Assembly: GCA_964016885.1 (NCBI GenBank)
Contig: OZ024740.1
Coordinates: 317,936,001 to 318,000,000 of the forward strand
Direction of reading: 5' to 3'
Source: Eledone cirrhosa
Lineage: Eukaryota
DNA length: 64,000 nucleotides
A model generated the notes under the pieces. That model was not told where the DNA came from and did not search any database. It saw nothing but the letters and a program-made list of their open reading frames with translations. This document shows positions 1 through 14,000 of the stretch, piece after piece. The translations under genes and the position numbers were made by a program. Position 1 is the stretch's first letter; every line of letters starts with the position of its first letter.

Positions 1-270
1 TTTCCACAACTTACATTCTATCTAACATTCTAACAACTCCACCAATTCGAAATCTTTCTACTACAATACTCACAACAAATCATCCAGGATTGTCTCGTCT
101 ATTTCCACAACTTACATTCTATCTGATATTCTAACGACTCTACAAATTCGAAGTCTTTCTACTACAATACTAACAACAAATAATCCAGGATTGTCTCTTC
201 TATTTCCACAACTTACATTCTAGCTGACATTCTAATGACTCTACCAATTCGAAGTCTTTCTACTACAATA

Positions 271-3200
271 CTCAACAAATAATCCAGGACTGTCTCGTCT
301 ATTTCCACAACTTACGTTCTATCTGACATTCTAAAGACTCTAACAATTCGAAGTCTTTCTACTACAATACTCAGAACAAATAATCCAGGTTTGTCTCGTC
401 TATTTCCACAACTTACATTCTATCTAACATTCTAACGACTCTACCAATTCGAAGCCTTTTTACTACATTACTCACAACAAATAATTCAGGATTGCCCCGT
501 CTATTTCCACAACTTACATTCTACCTGACATTCTAACGACTCTACCAATTCGCTGTCTTTCTACTACAATACTCACAACAAATAATCCAGGATTGTCTCG
601 TCTATTTCCACAACTTACATTCTATCTAACATTCTAACAACTCCACCAATTCGAAATCTTTCTACTACAATACTCACAACAAATCATCCAGGATTGTCTC
701 GTCTATTTCCACAACTTACGTTCTATCTGATATTCTAACGACTCTACCAATTCGAAGTCTTTCTACTACAATACTAACAACAAATAATCCAGGATTGTCT
801 CTTCTATTTCCACAACTTGCATTCTATCTGACATTCTAATGACTCTACCAATTCGAAGTCTTTCTACTACAATACTCACAACAAATAATCCAGGATTGTC
901 TCGTCTATTTCCACAAATTACATTCTATCTGACATTCTAACGACTCTACCAATTCGCTGTCTTTCTACTACAATACTCACAACAAATAATCCAGGATTGT
1001 CTCGTCTATTTCCACAACATACATTCTATCTGACATTCTAACGACTCTACCAATTCGCTGTCTTTCTACTACAATACTCAACAAATAATCCAGGACTGTC
1101 TCGTCTATTTCCACAACTTACGTTCTATCTGACATTCTAAAGACTCTAACAATTCGAAGTCTTTCTACTACAATACTCAGAACAAATAATCCAGGTTTGT
1201 CTCGTCTATTTCCACAACTTACATTCTATCTAACATTCTAACGACTCTACCAATTCGAAGCCTTTTTACTACATTACTCACAACAAATAATCGAGGATTG
1301 TCTCGTCTATTTCCACAACTTACATTCTATCTGATATTCTAACGACTCTACCAATTCGAAGTCTTTCTACTACAATACTCACAACAAATAATCCAGGATT
1401 GTCTCGTCTATTTCCACAACATACATTCTATCTGACATTTTTACGACTCTACCAATTCGCTGTCTTTCTACTACAATACTCAACAAATAATCCAGGACTG
1501 TCTCGTCTATTTCCACAACTTACGTTCTATCTGACATTCTAAAGACTCTAACAATTCGAAGTCTTTCTACTACAATACTCACAACAAATAATCCAGGATT
1601 GTCTCGTCTATTTCCACAACATACATTCTATCTGACATTTTTACGACTCTACCAATTCGCTGTCTTTCTACTACAATACTCAACAAATAATCCAGGACTG
1701 TCTCGTCTATTTCCACAACTTACGTTCTATCTGACATTCTAAAGACTCTAACAATTCGAAGTCTTTCTACTACAATACTCAGAACAAATAATCCAGGTTT
1801 GTCTCGTCTATTTCCACAACTTACATTCTATCTAACATTCTAACGACTCTAACAATTCGAAGCCTTTTTTCTACATTACTCACAACAAATAATTCAGGAG
1901 TGCCCCGTCTATTTCCACAACTTACGTTCTATCTGATATTCTAACGACTCTACCAATTCGAAGTCTTTCTACTACAATACTAACAACAAATAATCCAGGA
2001 TTGTCTCTTCTATTTCCACAACTTACATTCTATCTAACATTCTAACAACTCCACCAATTCGAAATCTTTCTACTACAATACTCACAACAAATCATCCAGG
2101 ATTGTCCCGTCTATTTCCACAACTTACATTCTATCTGATATTCTAACGACTCTACCAATTCGAAGTCTTTCTACTACAATACTCACAACAAATAATCCAG
2201 GATTGTCTCGTCTATTTCCACAACATACATTCTATCTGACATTCTAACGACTCTACCAATTCGCTGTCTTTCTACTACAATACTCAACAAATAATCCAGG
2301 ACTGTCTCGTCTATTTCCACAACTTACGTTCTATCTGACATTCTAAAGACTCTAACAACTCGAAGTCTTTCTACTACAATACTCAGAACAAATAATCCAG
2401 GTTTGTCTCATCTATTTCCACAACTTACATTCTATCTAACATTCTAACGACTCTACCAATTCGAAGCCTTTTTACTACATTACTCACAACAAATAATCCA
2501 GGATTGTCTCGTCTATTTCCACAACTTACATTCTATCTGATATTCTAACGACTCTACCAATTCGAAGTCTTTCTACTACAATACTCACAACAAATAATCC
2601 AGGATTGTCTCGTCTATTTCCACAACTTACATTCTATCTGATATTCTAACGACTCTACCAATTCGAAGTCTTTCTACTACAATACTAACAACAAATAATC
2701 CAGGAATGTCTCTTCTATTTCCACAACTTACATTCTATCTAACATTCTAACAACTCTACCAATTCGAAATCTTTCTCCTACAATACTCACAACAAATAGT
2801 CCAGGATTGTCTCGTCTATTTACACAACTTACATTCTATCTGATATTCTAACGACTATACCAATTCGAAGTCTTTCTACTACAATACTAACAAGAAATAA
2901 TCCAGGATTGTCTCTTCTATTTCCACAACTTACATTCTATCTGACATTCTAACAACTCTACCAATTCGAAATCCTTCTACTACAATACTCACAACAAATA
3001 ATCCAGGATTGTCTCGTCTATTTCCACAACTTACATTCTATCTGATATTCTAACGACTCTACCAATTCGAAGTCTTTCTACTACAATACTAACAACAAAT
3101 AATCCATGATTGTCTCGTCTATTTCCACAACTTACGTTCTATCTGACATTCTAACAACTCTACCAATTCGAAGTCTTTCTACTACAATACTCACAACAAA

Positions 3201-4945
3201 TAATACAGGATTCGCTCGTCTATTTCCACAACTTACATTCTACCTGACATTCTAACGACTCTACCAATTCGCTGTCTTTCTACTACAATACTCAACAAAT
3301 AATCCAGGACTGTCTCGTCTATTTCCACAACTTACGTTCTATCTGACATTCTAAAGACTCTAACAATTCGAAGTCTTTCTACTACAATACTCAGAACAAA
3401 TAATCCAGGTTTGTCTCGTCTATTTCCACAACTTACATTCTATCTAACATCCTAACGACTCTACCAATTCGAAGCCTTTTTACTACATTACTCACAACAA
3501 ATAATTCAGGATTGCCCCGTCTATTTCCACAACTTACATTCTACCTGACATTCTAACGACTCTACCAATTCGCTGTCTTTCTACTACAATACTCACAACA
3601 AATAATCCAGGATTGTCTCGTCTATTTCCACAACTTACATTCTATCTAACATTCTAACAACTCCACCAATTCGAAATCTTTCTACTACAATACTCACAAC
3701 AAATTATCCAGGATTGTCTCGTCTATTTCCACAACTTACGTTCTATCTGATATTCTAACGACTCTACCAATTCGAAGTCTTTCTACTACAATACTAACAA
3801 CAAATAATCCAGGATTGTCTCTTCTATTTCCACAACTTGCATTCTATCTGACATTCTAATGACTCTACCAATTCGAAGTCTTTCTACTACAATACTCACA
3901 ACAAATAATCCAGGATTGTCTCGTCTATTTCCACAAATTACATTCTATCTGACATTCTAACGACTCTACCAATTCGCTGTCTTTCTACTACAATACTCAC
4001 AACAAATAATCCAGGATTGTCTCGTCTATTTCCACAACATACATTCTATCTGACATTCTAACGACTCTACCAATTCGCTGTCTTTCTACTACAATACTCA
4101 ACAAATAATCCAGGACTGTCTCGTCTATTTCCACAACTTACGTTCTATCTGACATTCTAAAGACTCTAACAATTCGAAGTCTTTCTACTACAATACTCAG
4201 AACAAATAATCCAGGTTTGTCTCGTCTATTTCCACAACTTACATTCTATCTAACATTCTAACGACTCTACCAATTCGAAGCCTTTTTACTACATTACTCA
4301 CAACAAATAATCCAGGATTGTCTCGTCTATTTCCACAACTTACATTCTATCTGATATTCTAACGACTCTACCAATTCGAAGTCTTTCTACTACAATACTC
4401 ACAACAAATAATCCAGGATTGTCTCGTCTATTTCCACAACATACATTCTATCTGACATTTTTACGACTCTACCAATTCGCTGTCTTTCTACTACAATACT
4501 CAACAAATAATCCAGGACTGTCTCGTCTATTTCCACAACTTACGTTCTATCTGACATTCTAAAGACTCTAACAATTCGAAGTCTTTCTACTACAATACTC
4601 ACAACAAATAATCCAGGATTGTCTCGTCTATTTCCACAACATACATTCTATCTGACATTTTTACGACTCTACCAATTCGCTGTCTTTCTACTACAATACT
4701 CAACAAATAATCCAGGACTGTCTCGTCTATTTCCACAACTTACGTTCTATCTGACATTCTAAAGACTCTAACAATTCGAAGTCTTTCTACTACAATACTC
4801 AGAACAAATAATCCAGGTTTGTCTCGTCTATTTCCACAACTTACATTCTATCTAACATTCTAACGACTCTACCAATTCGAAGCCTTTTTTCTACATTACT
4901 CACAACAAATAATTCAGGAGTGCCCCGTCTATTTCCACAACTTAC
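271..4945. repeat. Higher-order duplication, offset 3020 bp (30 monomers): about 271-1925 versus 3291-4945
   Basis: Shared rare variants: CATTTTTACG at 1436/1636 and 4456/4656; AATTCAGGAGTGCCCC at 1891 and 4911. Confidence 0.85.
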
Positions 4946-7900
4946 ATTCTACCTGACATTCTAACGACTCTACCAATTCGCTGTCTTTCTACTACAATAC
5001 TCACAACAAATAATCCAGGATTGTCTCGTCTATTTCCACAACTTACATTCTATCTAACATTCTAACAACTCCACCAATTCGAAATCTTTCTACTACAATA
5101 CTCACAACAAATCATCCAGGATTGTCTCGTCTATTTCCACAACTTACGTTCTATCTGATATTCTAACGACTCTACCAATTCGAAGTATTTCTACTACAAT
5201 ACTAACAACAAATAATCCAGGATTGTCTCTTCTATTTCCACAACTTACATTCTATCTAACATTCTAACAACTCCACCAATTCGAAATCTTTCTACTACAA
5301 TACTCACAAAAAATCATCCAGGATTGTCCCGTCTATTTCCACAACTTACATTCTATCTGATATTCTAACGACTCTACCAATTCGAAGTCTTTCTACTACA
5401 ATACTAACAACAAATAATCCAGGATTGTCTCTTCTATTTCCACAACTTGCATTCTATCTGACATTCTAATGACTCTACCAATTCGAAGTCTTTCTACTAC
5501 AATACTCACAACAAATAATCCAGGATTGTCTCGTCTATTTCCACAAATTACATTCTATCTGACATTCTAACGACTCTACCAATTCGCTGTCTTTCTACTA
5601 CAATACTCACAACAAATAATCCAGGATTGTCTCGTCTATTTCCACAACATACATTCTATCTGACATTCTAACGACTCTACCAATTCGCTGTCTTTCTACT
5701 ACAATACTCAACAAATAATCCAGGACTGTCTCGTCTATTTCCACAACTTACGTTCTATCTGACATTCTAAAGACTCTAACAACTCGAAGTCTTTCTACTA
5801 CAATACACAGAACAAATAATCCAGGTTTGTCTCGTCTATTTCCACAACTTACATTCTATCTAACATTCTAACGACTCTACCAATTCGAAGCCTTTTTACT
5901 ACATTACTCACAACAAATAATCCAGGATTGTCTCGTCTATTTCCACAACTTACATTCTACCTGACATTCTAACGACTCTACCAATTCGCTGTCTTTCTAC
6001 TACAATACTCACAACAAATAATCCAGGATTGTCTCGTCTATTTCCACAACTTACATTCTATCTAACATTCTAACAACTCCACCAATTCGAAATCTTTCTA
6101 CTACAATACTCACAACAAATCATCCAGGATTGTCTCGTCTATTTCCACAACTTACGTTCTATCTGATATTCTAACGACTCTACCAATTCGAAGTCTTTCT
6201 ACTACAATACTAACAACAAATAATCCAGGACTGTCTCGTCTATTTCCACAACTTACGTTCTATCTGACATTCTAAAGACTCTAACAATTCGAAGTCTTTC
6301 TACTACAATACTCAGAACAAATAATCCAGGTTTGTCTCGTCTATTTCCACAACTTACATTCTATCTAACATTCTAACGACTCTACCAATTCGAAGCCTTT
6401 TTACTACATTACTCACAACAAATAATCCAGGATTGTCTCGTCTATTTCCACAACTTACATTCTATCTGATATTCTAACGACTCTACCAATTCGAAGTCTT
6501 TCTACTACAATACTCACAACAAATAATCCAGGATTGTCTCGTCTATTTCCACAACATACATTCTATCTGACATTTTTACGACTCTACCAATTCGCTGTCT
6601 TTCTACTACAATACTCAACAAATAATCCAGGACTGTCTCGTCTATTTCCACAACTTACGTTCTATCTGACATTCTAAAGACTCTAACAATTCGAAGTCTT
6701 TCTACTACAATACTCACAACAAATAATCCAGGATTGTCTCGTCTATTTCCACAACATACATTCTATCTGACATTTTTACGACTCTACCAATTCGCTGTCT
6801 TTCTACTACAATACTCAACAAATAATCCAGGACTGTCTCGTCTATTTCCACAACTTACGTTCTATCTGACATTCTAAAGACTCTAACAATTCGAAGTCTT
6901 TCTACTACAATACTCAGAACAAATAATCCAGGTTTGTCTCGTCTATTTCCACAACTTACATTCTATCTAACATTCTAACGACTCTACCAATTCGAAGCCT
7001 TTTTTCTACATTACTCACAACAAATAATTCAGGAGTGCCCCGTCTATTTCCACAACTTATATTCTACCTGACATTCTAACGACTCTACCAATTCGCTGTC
7101 TTTCTACTACAATACTCACAACAAATAATCCAGGATTGTCTCGTCTATTTCCACAACTTACATTCTATCTAACATTCTAACAACTCCACCAATTCGAAAT
7201 CTTTCTACTACAATACTCACAACAAATCATCCAGGATTGTCTCGTCTATTTCCACAACTTACGTTCTATCTGATATTCTAACGACTCTACCAATTCGAAG
7301 TATTTCTACTACAATACTAACAACAAATAATCCAGGATTGTCTCTTCTATTTCCACAACTTACATTCTATCTAACATTCTAACAACTCCACCAATTCGAA
7401 ATCTTTCTACTACAATACTCACAACAAATCATCCAGGATTGTCCCGTCTATTTCCACAACTTACATTCTATCTGATATTCTAACGACTCTACCAATTCGA
7501 AGTCTTTCTACTACAATACTAACAACAAATAATCCAGGATTGTCTCTTCTATTTCCACAACTTGCATTCTATCTGACATTCTAATGACTCTACCAATTCG
7601 AAGTCTTTCTACTACAATACTCACAACAAATAATCCAGGATTGTCTCGTCTATTTCCACAAATTACATTCTATCTGACATTCTAACGACTCTACCAATTC
7701 GCTGTCTTTCTACTACAATACTCACAACAAATAATCCAGGATTGTCTCGTCTATTTCCACAACATACATTCTATCTGACATTCTAACGACTCTACCAATT
7801 CGCTGTCTTTCTACTACAATACTCAACAAATAATCCAGGACTGTCTCGTCTATTTCCACAACTTACGTTCTATCTGACATTCTAAAGACTCTAACAACTC

Positions 7901-8060
7901 GAAGTCTTTCTACTACAATACACAGAACAAATAATCCAGGTTTGTCTCGTCTATTTCCACAACTTACATTCTATCTAACATTCTAACGACTCTACCAATT
8001 CGAAGCCTTTTTACTACATTACTCACAACAAATAATCCAGGATTGTCTCGTCTATTTCCA
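4128..8060. repeat. Higher-order duplication, offset 2115 bp (21 monomers)
   Basis: CATTTTTACG at 4456 and 6571; GAAGTATTT variant at 5186 and 7301; AACTCGAAG and AATACACAG variants at about 5780-5810 and 7895-7925. Confidence 0.85.
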
Positions 8061-11000
8061 CAACTTACATTCTATCTGATATTCTAACGACTCTACCAAT
8101 TCGAAGTCTTTCTACTACAATACTCACAACAAATAATCCAGGATTGTCTCGTCTATTTCCACAACTTACATTCTATCTGATATTCTAACGACTCTACCAA
8201 TTCGAAGTCTTTCTACTCCAATACTAACAACAAATAATCCAGGAATGTCTCTTCTATTTCCACAACTTACATTCTATCTAACATTCTAACAACTCTACCA
8301 ATTCGAAATCTTTCTCCTACAATACTCACAACAAATAGTCCAGGATTGTCTCGTCTATTTACACAACTTACATTCTATCTGATATTCTAACGACTATACC
8401 AATTCGAAGTCTTTCTACTACAATACTAACAAGAAATAATCCAGGATTGTCTCTTCTATTTCCACAACTTACATTCTATCTGACATTCTAACAACTCTAC
8501 CAATTCGAAATCTTTCTACTACAATAGTCACAACAAATAATCCAGGATTGTCTCGTCTATTTCCACAACTTACATTCTATCTGATATTCTAACGACTCTA
8601 CCAATTCGAAGTCTTTCTACTACAATACTAACAACAAATAATCCAGGATTGTCTCGTCTATTTCCACAACTTACGTTCTATCTGACATTCTAACAACTCT
8701 ACCAATTCGAAGTCTTTCTACTACAATACTCACAACAAATAATACAGGATTCGCTCGTCTATTTCCACAACTTACATTCTATCTGATATTCTAACGACTC
8801 TACCAATTCGAAGTCTTTCTACTACAATACTAACAACAAATAATCCAGGATTGTCTCTTCTATTTCCACAACTTACATTCTATCTAACATTCTAACAACT
8901 CCACCAATTCGAAATCTTTCTACTACAATACTCACAACAAATCATCCAGGATTGTCTCGTCTATTTCCACAACTTACATTCTATCTGATATTCTAACGAC
9001 TCTACAAATTCGAAGTCTTTCTACTACAATACTAACAACAAATAATCCAGGATTGTCTCTTCTATTTCCACAACTTACATTCTATCTGACATTCTAATGA
9101 CTCTACCAATTCGAAGTCTTTCTACTACAATACTCACAACAAATAATCCAGGATTGTCTCGTCTATTTCCACAACTTGCATTCTATCTGACATTCTAACG
9201 ACTCTACCAATTTGAAGTCTTTCTACTACAATACTCACAACAAATAATCCAGGATTGTCTCGTCTATTTCCACAAATTACATTCTATCTGACATTCTAAC
9301 GACTCTACCAATTCGCTGTCTTTCTACTACAATACTCACAACAAATAATCCAGGATTGTCTCGTCTATTTCCACAACATACATTCTATCTGACATTCTAA
9401 CGACTCTACCAATTCGCTGTCTTTCTACTACAATACTCAACAAATAATCCAGGACTGTCTCGTCTATTTCCACAACTTACGTTCTATCTGACATTCTAAA
9501 GACTCTAACAATTCGAAGTCTTTCTACTACAATACTCAGAACAAATAATCCAGGTTTGTCTCGTCTATTTCCACAACTTACATTCTATCTAACATTCTAA
9601 CGACTCTACCAATTCGAAGCCTTTTTACTACATTACTCACAACAAATAATCCAGGATTGTCTCGTCTATTTACACAACTTACATTCTATCTGATATTCTA
9701 ACGACTCTACCAATTCGAAGTCTTTCTACTACAATACTCACAACAAATAATCCAGGATTGTCTCGTCTATTTCCACAACTTACATTCTATCTGATATTCT
9801 AACGACTCTACCAATTCGAAGTCTTTCTACTACAATACTAACAACAAATAATCCAGGAATGTTTCTTCTATTTCCACAACTTACATTCTATCTGACATTC
9901 TAACAACTCTACCAATTCGAAATCTTTCTCCTACAATACTCACAACAAATAGTCCAGGATTGTCTCGTCTATTTACACAACTTACATTCTATCTGATATT
10001 CTAACGACTATACCAATTCGAAGTCTTTCTACTACAATACTCACAACAAATAATCCAGGATTGTCTCTTCTATTTCCGCAACTTACATTCTATCTGACAT
10101 TCTAACAACTCTACCAATTCGAAATCTTTCTACTACAATACTCACAACAAATAATCCAGGATTGTCTCGTCTATTTCCACAACTTACATTCTATCTGATA
10201 TTCTAACGACTCTACCAATTCGAAGTCTTTCTACTACAATACTAACAACAAATAATCCAGGATTGTCTCGTCTATTCCCACAACTTACGTTCTATCTGAC
10301 ATTCTAACAACTCTACCAATTCGAAGTCTTTCTACTACAATACTCACAACAAATAATACAGGATTCGCTCGTCTATTTCCACAACTTACATTCTATCTGA
10401 TATTCTAACGACTCTACCAATTCGAAGTCTTTCTACTACAATACTCACAACAAATAATCCAGAATTGTCTCGTCTATTTCCACAAATTACATTCTATCTG
10501 ACATTCTAACGACTCTACCAATTCGCTGTCTTTCTACTACAATACTCACAACAAATAATCCAGGATTGTCTCGTCTATTTCCACAACATACATTCTATCT
10601 GACATTCTAACGACTCTACCAATTCGCTGTCTTTCTACTACAATACTCAACAAATAATCCAGGACTGTCTCGTCTATTTCCACAACTTACGTTCTATCTG
10701 ACATTCTAAAAACTCTAACAATTCGAAGTCTTTCTACTACAATACTCAGAACAAATAATCCAGGTTTGTCTCGTCTATTTCCACAACTTACATTCTATCT
10801 AACATTCTAACGACTATACCAATTCGAAGTCTTTCTACTACAATACTCACAACAAATAATCCAGGATTGTCTCTTCTATTTCCGCAACTTACATTCTATC
10901 TGACATTCTAACAACTCTACCAATTCGAAATCTTTCTACTACAATACTCACAACAAATAATCCAGGATTGTCTCGTCTATTTCCACAACTTACATTCTAT

Positions 11001-14000
11001 CTGATATTCTAACGACTCTACCAATTCGAAGTCTTTCTACTACAATACTAACAACAAATAATCCAGGATTGTCTCGTCTATTCCCACAACTTACGTTCTA
11101 TCTGACATTCTAACAACTCTACCAATTCGAAGTCTTTCTACTACAATACTCACAACAAATAATACAGGATTCGCTCGTCTATTTCCACAACTTACATTCT
11201 ATCTGATATTCTAACGACTCTACCAATTCGAAGTCTTTCTACTACAATACTCACAACAAATAATCCAGAATTGTCTCGTCTATTTCCACAAATTACATTC
11301 TATCTGACATTCTAACGACTCTACCAATTCGCTGTCTTTCTACTACAATACTCACAACAAATAATCCAGGATTGTCTCGTCTATTTCCACAACATACATT
11401 CTATCTGACATTCTAACGACTCTACCAATTCGCTGTCTTTCTACTACAATACTCAACAAATAATCCAGGACTGTCTCGTCTATTTCCACAACTTACGTTC
11501 TATCTGACATTCTAAAAACTCTAACAATTCGAAGTCTTTCTACTACAATACTCAGAACAAATAATCCAGGTTTGTCTCGTCTATTTCCACAACTTACATT
11601 CTATCTAACATTCTAACGACTCTACCAATTCGAAGCCTTTTTACTACATTACTCACAACAAATAATCCAGGATTGTCTCGTCTATTTCCACAACTTACAT
11701 TCTATCTGATATTCTAACGACTCTACCAATTCGAAGTCTTTCTACTACAATACTCACAACAAATAATCCAGGATTGTCTCGTCTATTTCCACAACTTACA
11801 TTCTATCTGATATTCTAACGACTCTACCAATTCGAAGTCTTTCTACTACAATACTAACAACAAATAATCCAGGATTGTCTCTTCTATTTCCACAACTTAC
11901 ATTCTATCTAACATTCTAACAACTCCACCAATTCGAAATCTTTCTACTACAATACTCACAACAAATAATCCAGGATTGTCTCTTCTATTTCCACAACTTA
12001 CATTCTATCTGACATTCTAATGACTCTACCAATTCGAAGTCTTTCTACTACAATACTCACAACAAATAATCCAGGTTTGTCTCGTCTATTTCCACAACTT
12101 GCATTCTATCTGACATTCTAACGACTCTACCAATTTGAAGTCTTTCTACTACAATACTCACAACAAATAATCCAGGATTGTCTCGTCTATTTCCACAAAT
12201 TACATTCTATCTGATATTCTAACGACTCTACCAATTCGAAGTCTTTCTACTACAATACTAACAACAAATAATCCAGGATTGTCTCGTCTATTTCCACAAC
12301 TTACGTTCTATCTGACATTCTAACAACTCTACCAATTCGAAGTCTTTCTACTACAATACTCACAACAAATAATACAGGATTCGCTCGTCTATTTCCACAA
12401 CATACATTCTATCTGATATTCTAACGACTCTACCAATTCGAAGTCTTTCTACTACAATACTAACAACAAATAATCCAGGATTGTCTCTTCTATTTCCACA
12501 ACTTACATTCTATCTAACATTCTAACAACTCCACCATTTCGAAATCTTTCTACTACAATACTCACAACAAATCATCCAGGATTGTCTCGTCTATTTCCAC
12601 AACTTACATTCTATCTGATATTCTAACGACTCTACAAATTCGAAGTCTTTCTACTACAATACTAACAACAAATAATCCAGGATTGTCTCTTCTATTTCCA
12701 CAACTTACATTCTATCTGACATTCTAATGACTCTACCAATTCGAAGTCTTTCTACTACAATACTCACAACAAATAATCCAGGATTGTCTCGTCTATTTCC
12801 ACAACTTGCATTCTATCTGACATTCTAACGACTCTACCAATTTGAAGTCTTTCTACTACAATACTCACAACAAATAATCCAGGATTGTCTCGTCTATTTC
12901 CACAAATTACATTCTATCTGACATTCTAACGACTCTACCAATTCGCTGTCTTTCTACTACAATACTCACAACAAATAATCCAGGATTGTCTCGTCTATTT
13001 CCACAACATACATTCTATCTGACATTCTAACGACTCTACCAATTCGCTGTCTTTCTACTACAATACTCAACAAATAATCCAGGACTGTCTCGTCTATTTC
13101 CACAACTTACGTTCTATCTGACATTCTAAAGACTCTAACAATTCGAAGTCTTTCTACTACAATACTCAGAACAAATAATCCAGGTTTGTCTCGTCTATTT
13201 CCACAACTTACATTCTATCTAACATTCTAACGACTCTACCAATTCGAAGCCTTTTTTCTACATTACTCACAACAAATAATTCAGGAGTGCCCCGTCTATT
13301 TCCACAACTTACATTCTACCTGACATTCTAACGACTCTACCAATTCGCTGTCTTTCTACTACAATACTCACAACAAATAATCCAGGATTGTCTCGTCTAT
13401 TTCCACAACTTACATTCTATCTAACATTCTAACAACTCCACCAATTCGAAATCTTTCTACTACAATACTCACAACAAATCATCCAGGATTGTCTCGTCTA
13501 TTTCCACAACTTACGTTCTATCTGATATTCTAACGACTCTACCAATTCGAAGTATTTCTACTACAATACTAACAACAAATAATCCAGGATTGTCTCTTCT
13601 ATTTCCACAACTTACATTCTATCTAACATTCTAACAACTCCACCAATTCGAAATCTTTCTACTACAATACTCACAAAAAATCATCCAGGATTGTCCCGTC
13701 TATTTCCACAACTTACATTCTATCTGATATTCTAACGACTCTACCAATTCGAAGTCTTTCTACTACAATACTAACAACAAATAATCCAGGATTGTCTCTT
13801 CTATTTCCACAACTTGCATTCTATCTGACATTCTAATGACTCTACCAATTCGAAGTCTTTCTACTACAATACTCACAACAAATAATCCAGGATTGTCTCG
13901 TCTATTTCCACAAATTACATTCTATCTGACATTCTAACGACTCTACCAATTCGCTGTCTTTCTACTACAATACTCACAACAAATAATCCAGGATTGTCTC

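Noticed and set aside
13-32. Human satellite II/III (CATTC)n or telomeric repeat
   Set aside because: There are only two CATTC per monomer, not a pentamer array, and no tandem TTAGGG-like units.
45-61. CENP-B box
   Set aside because: TTCG is present, but the rest of the motif (TTCGNNNNANNCGGG) is absent.
1-101. 5S rRNA, tRNA or spliced-leader tandem gene array
   Set aside because: With 8% G on one strand there is little pairing capacity. I see no recognisable Pol III boxes or cloverleaf and no gene-plus-spacer organisation.
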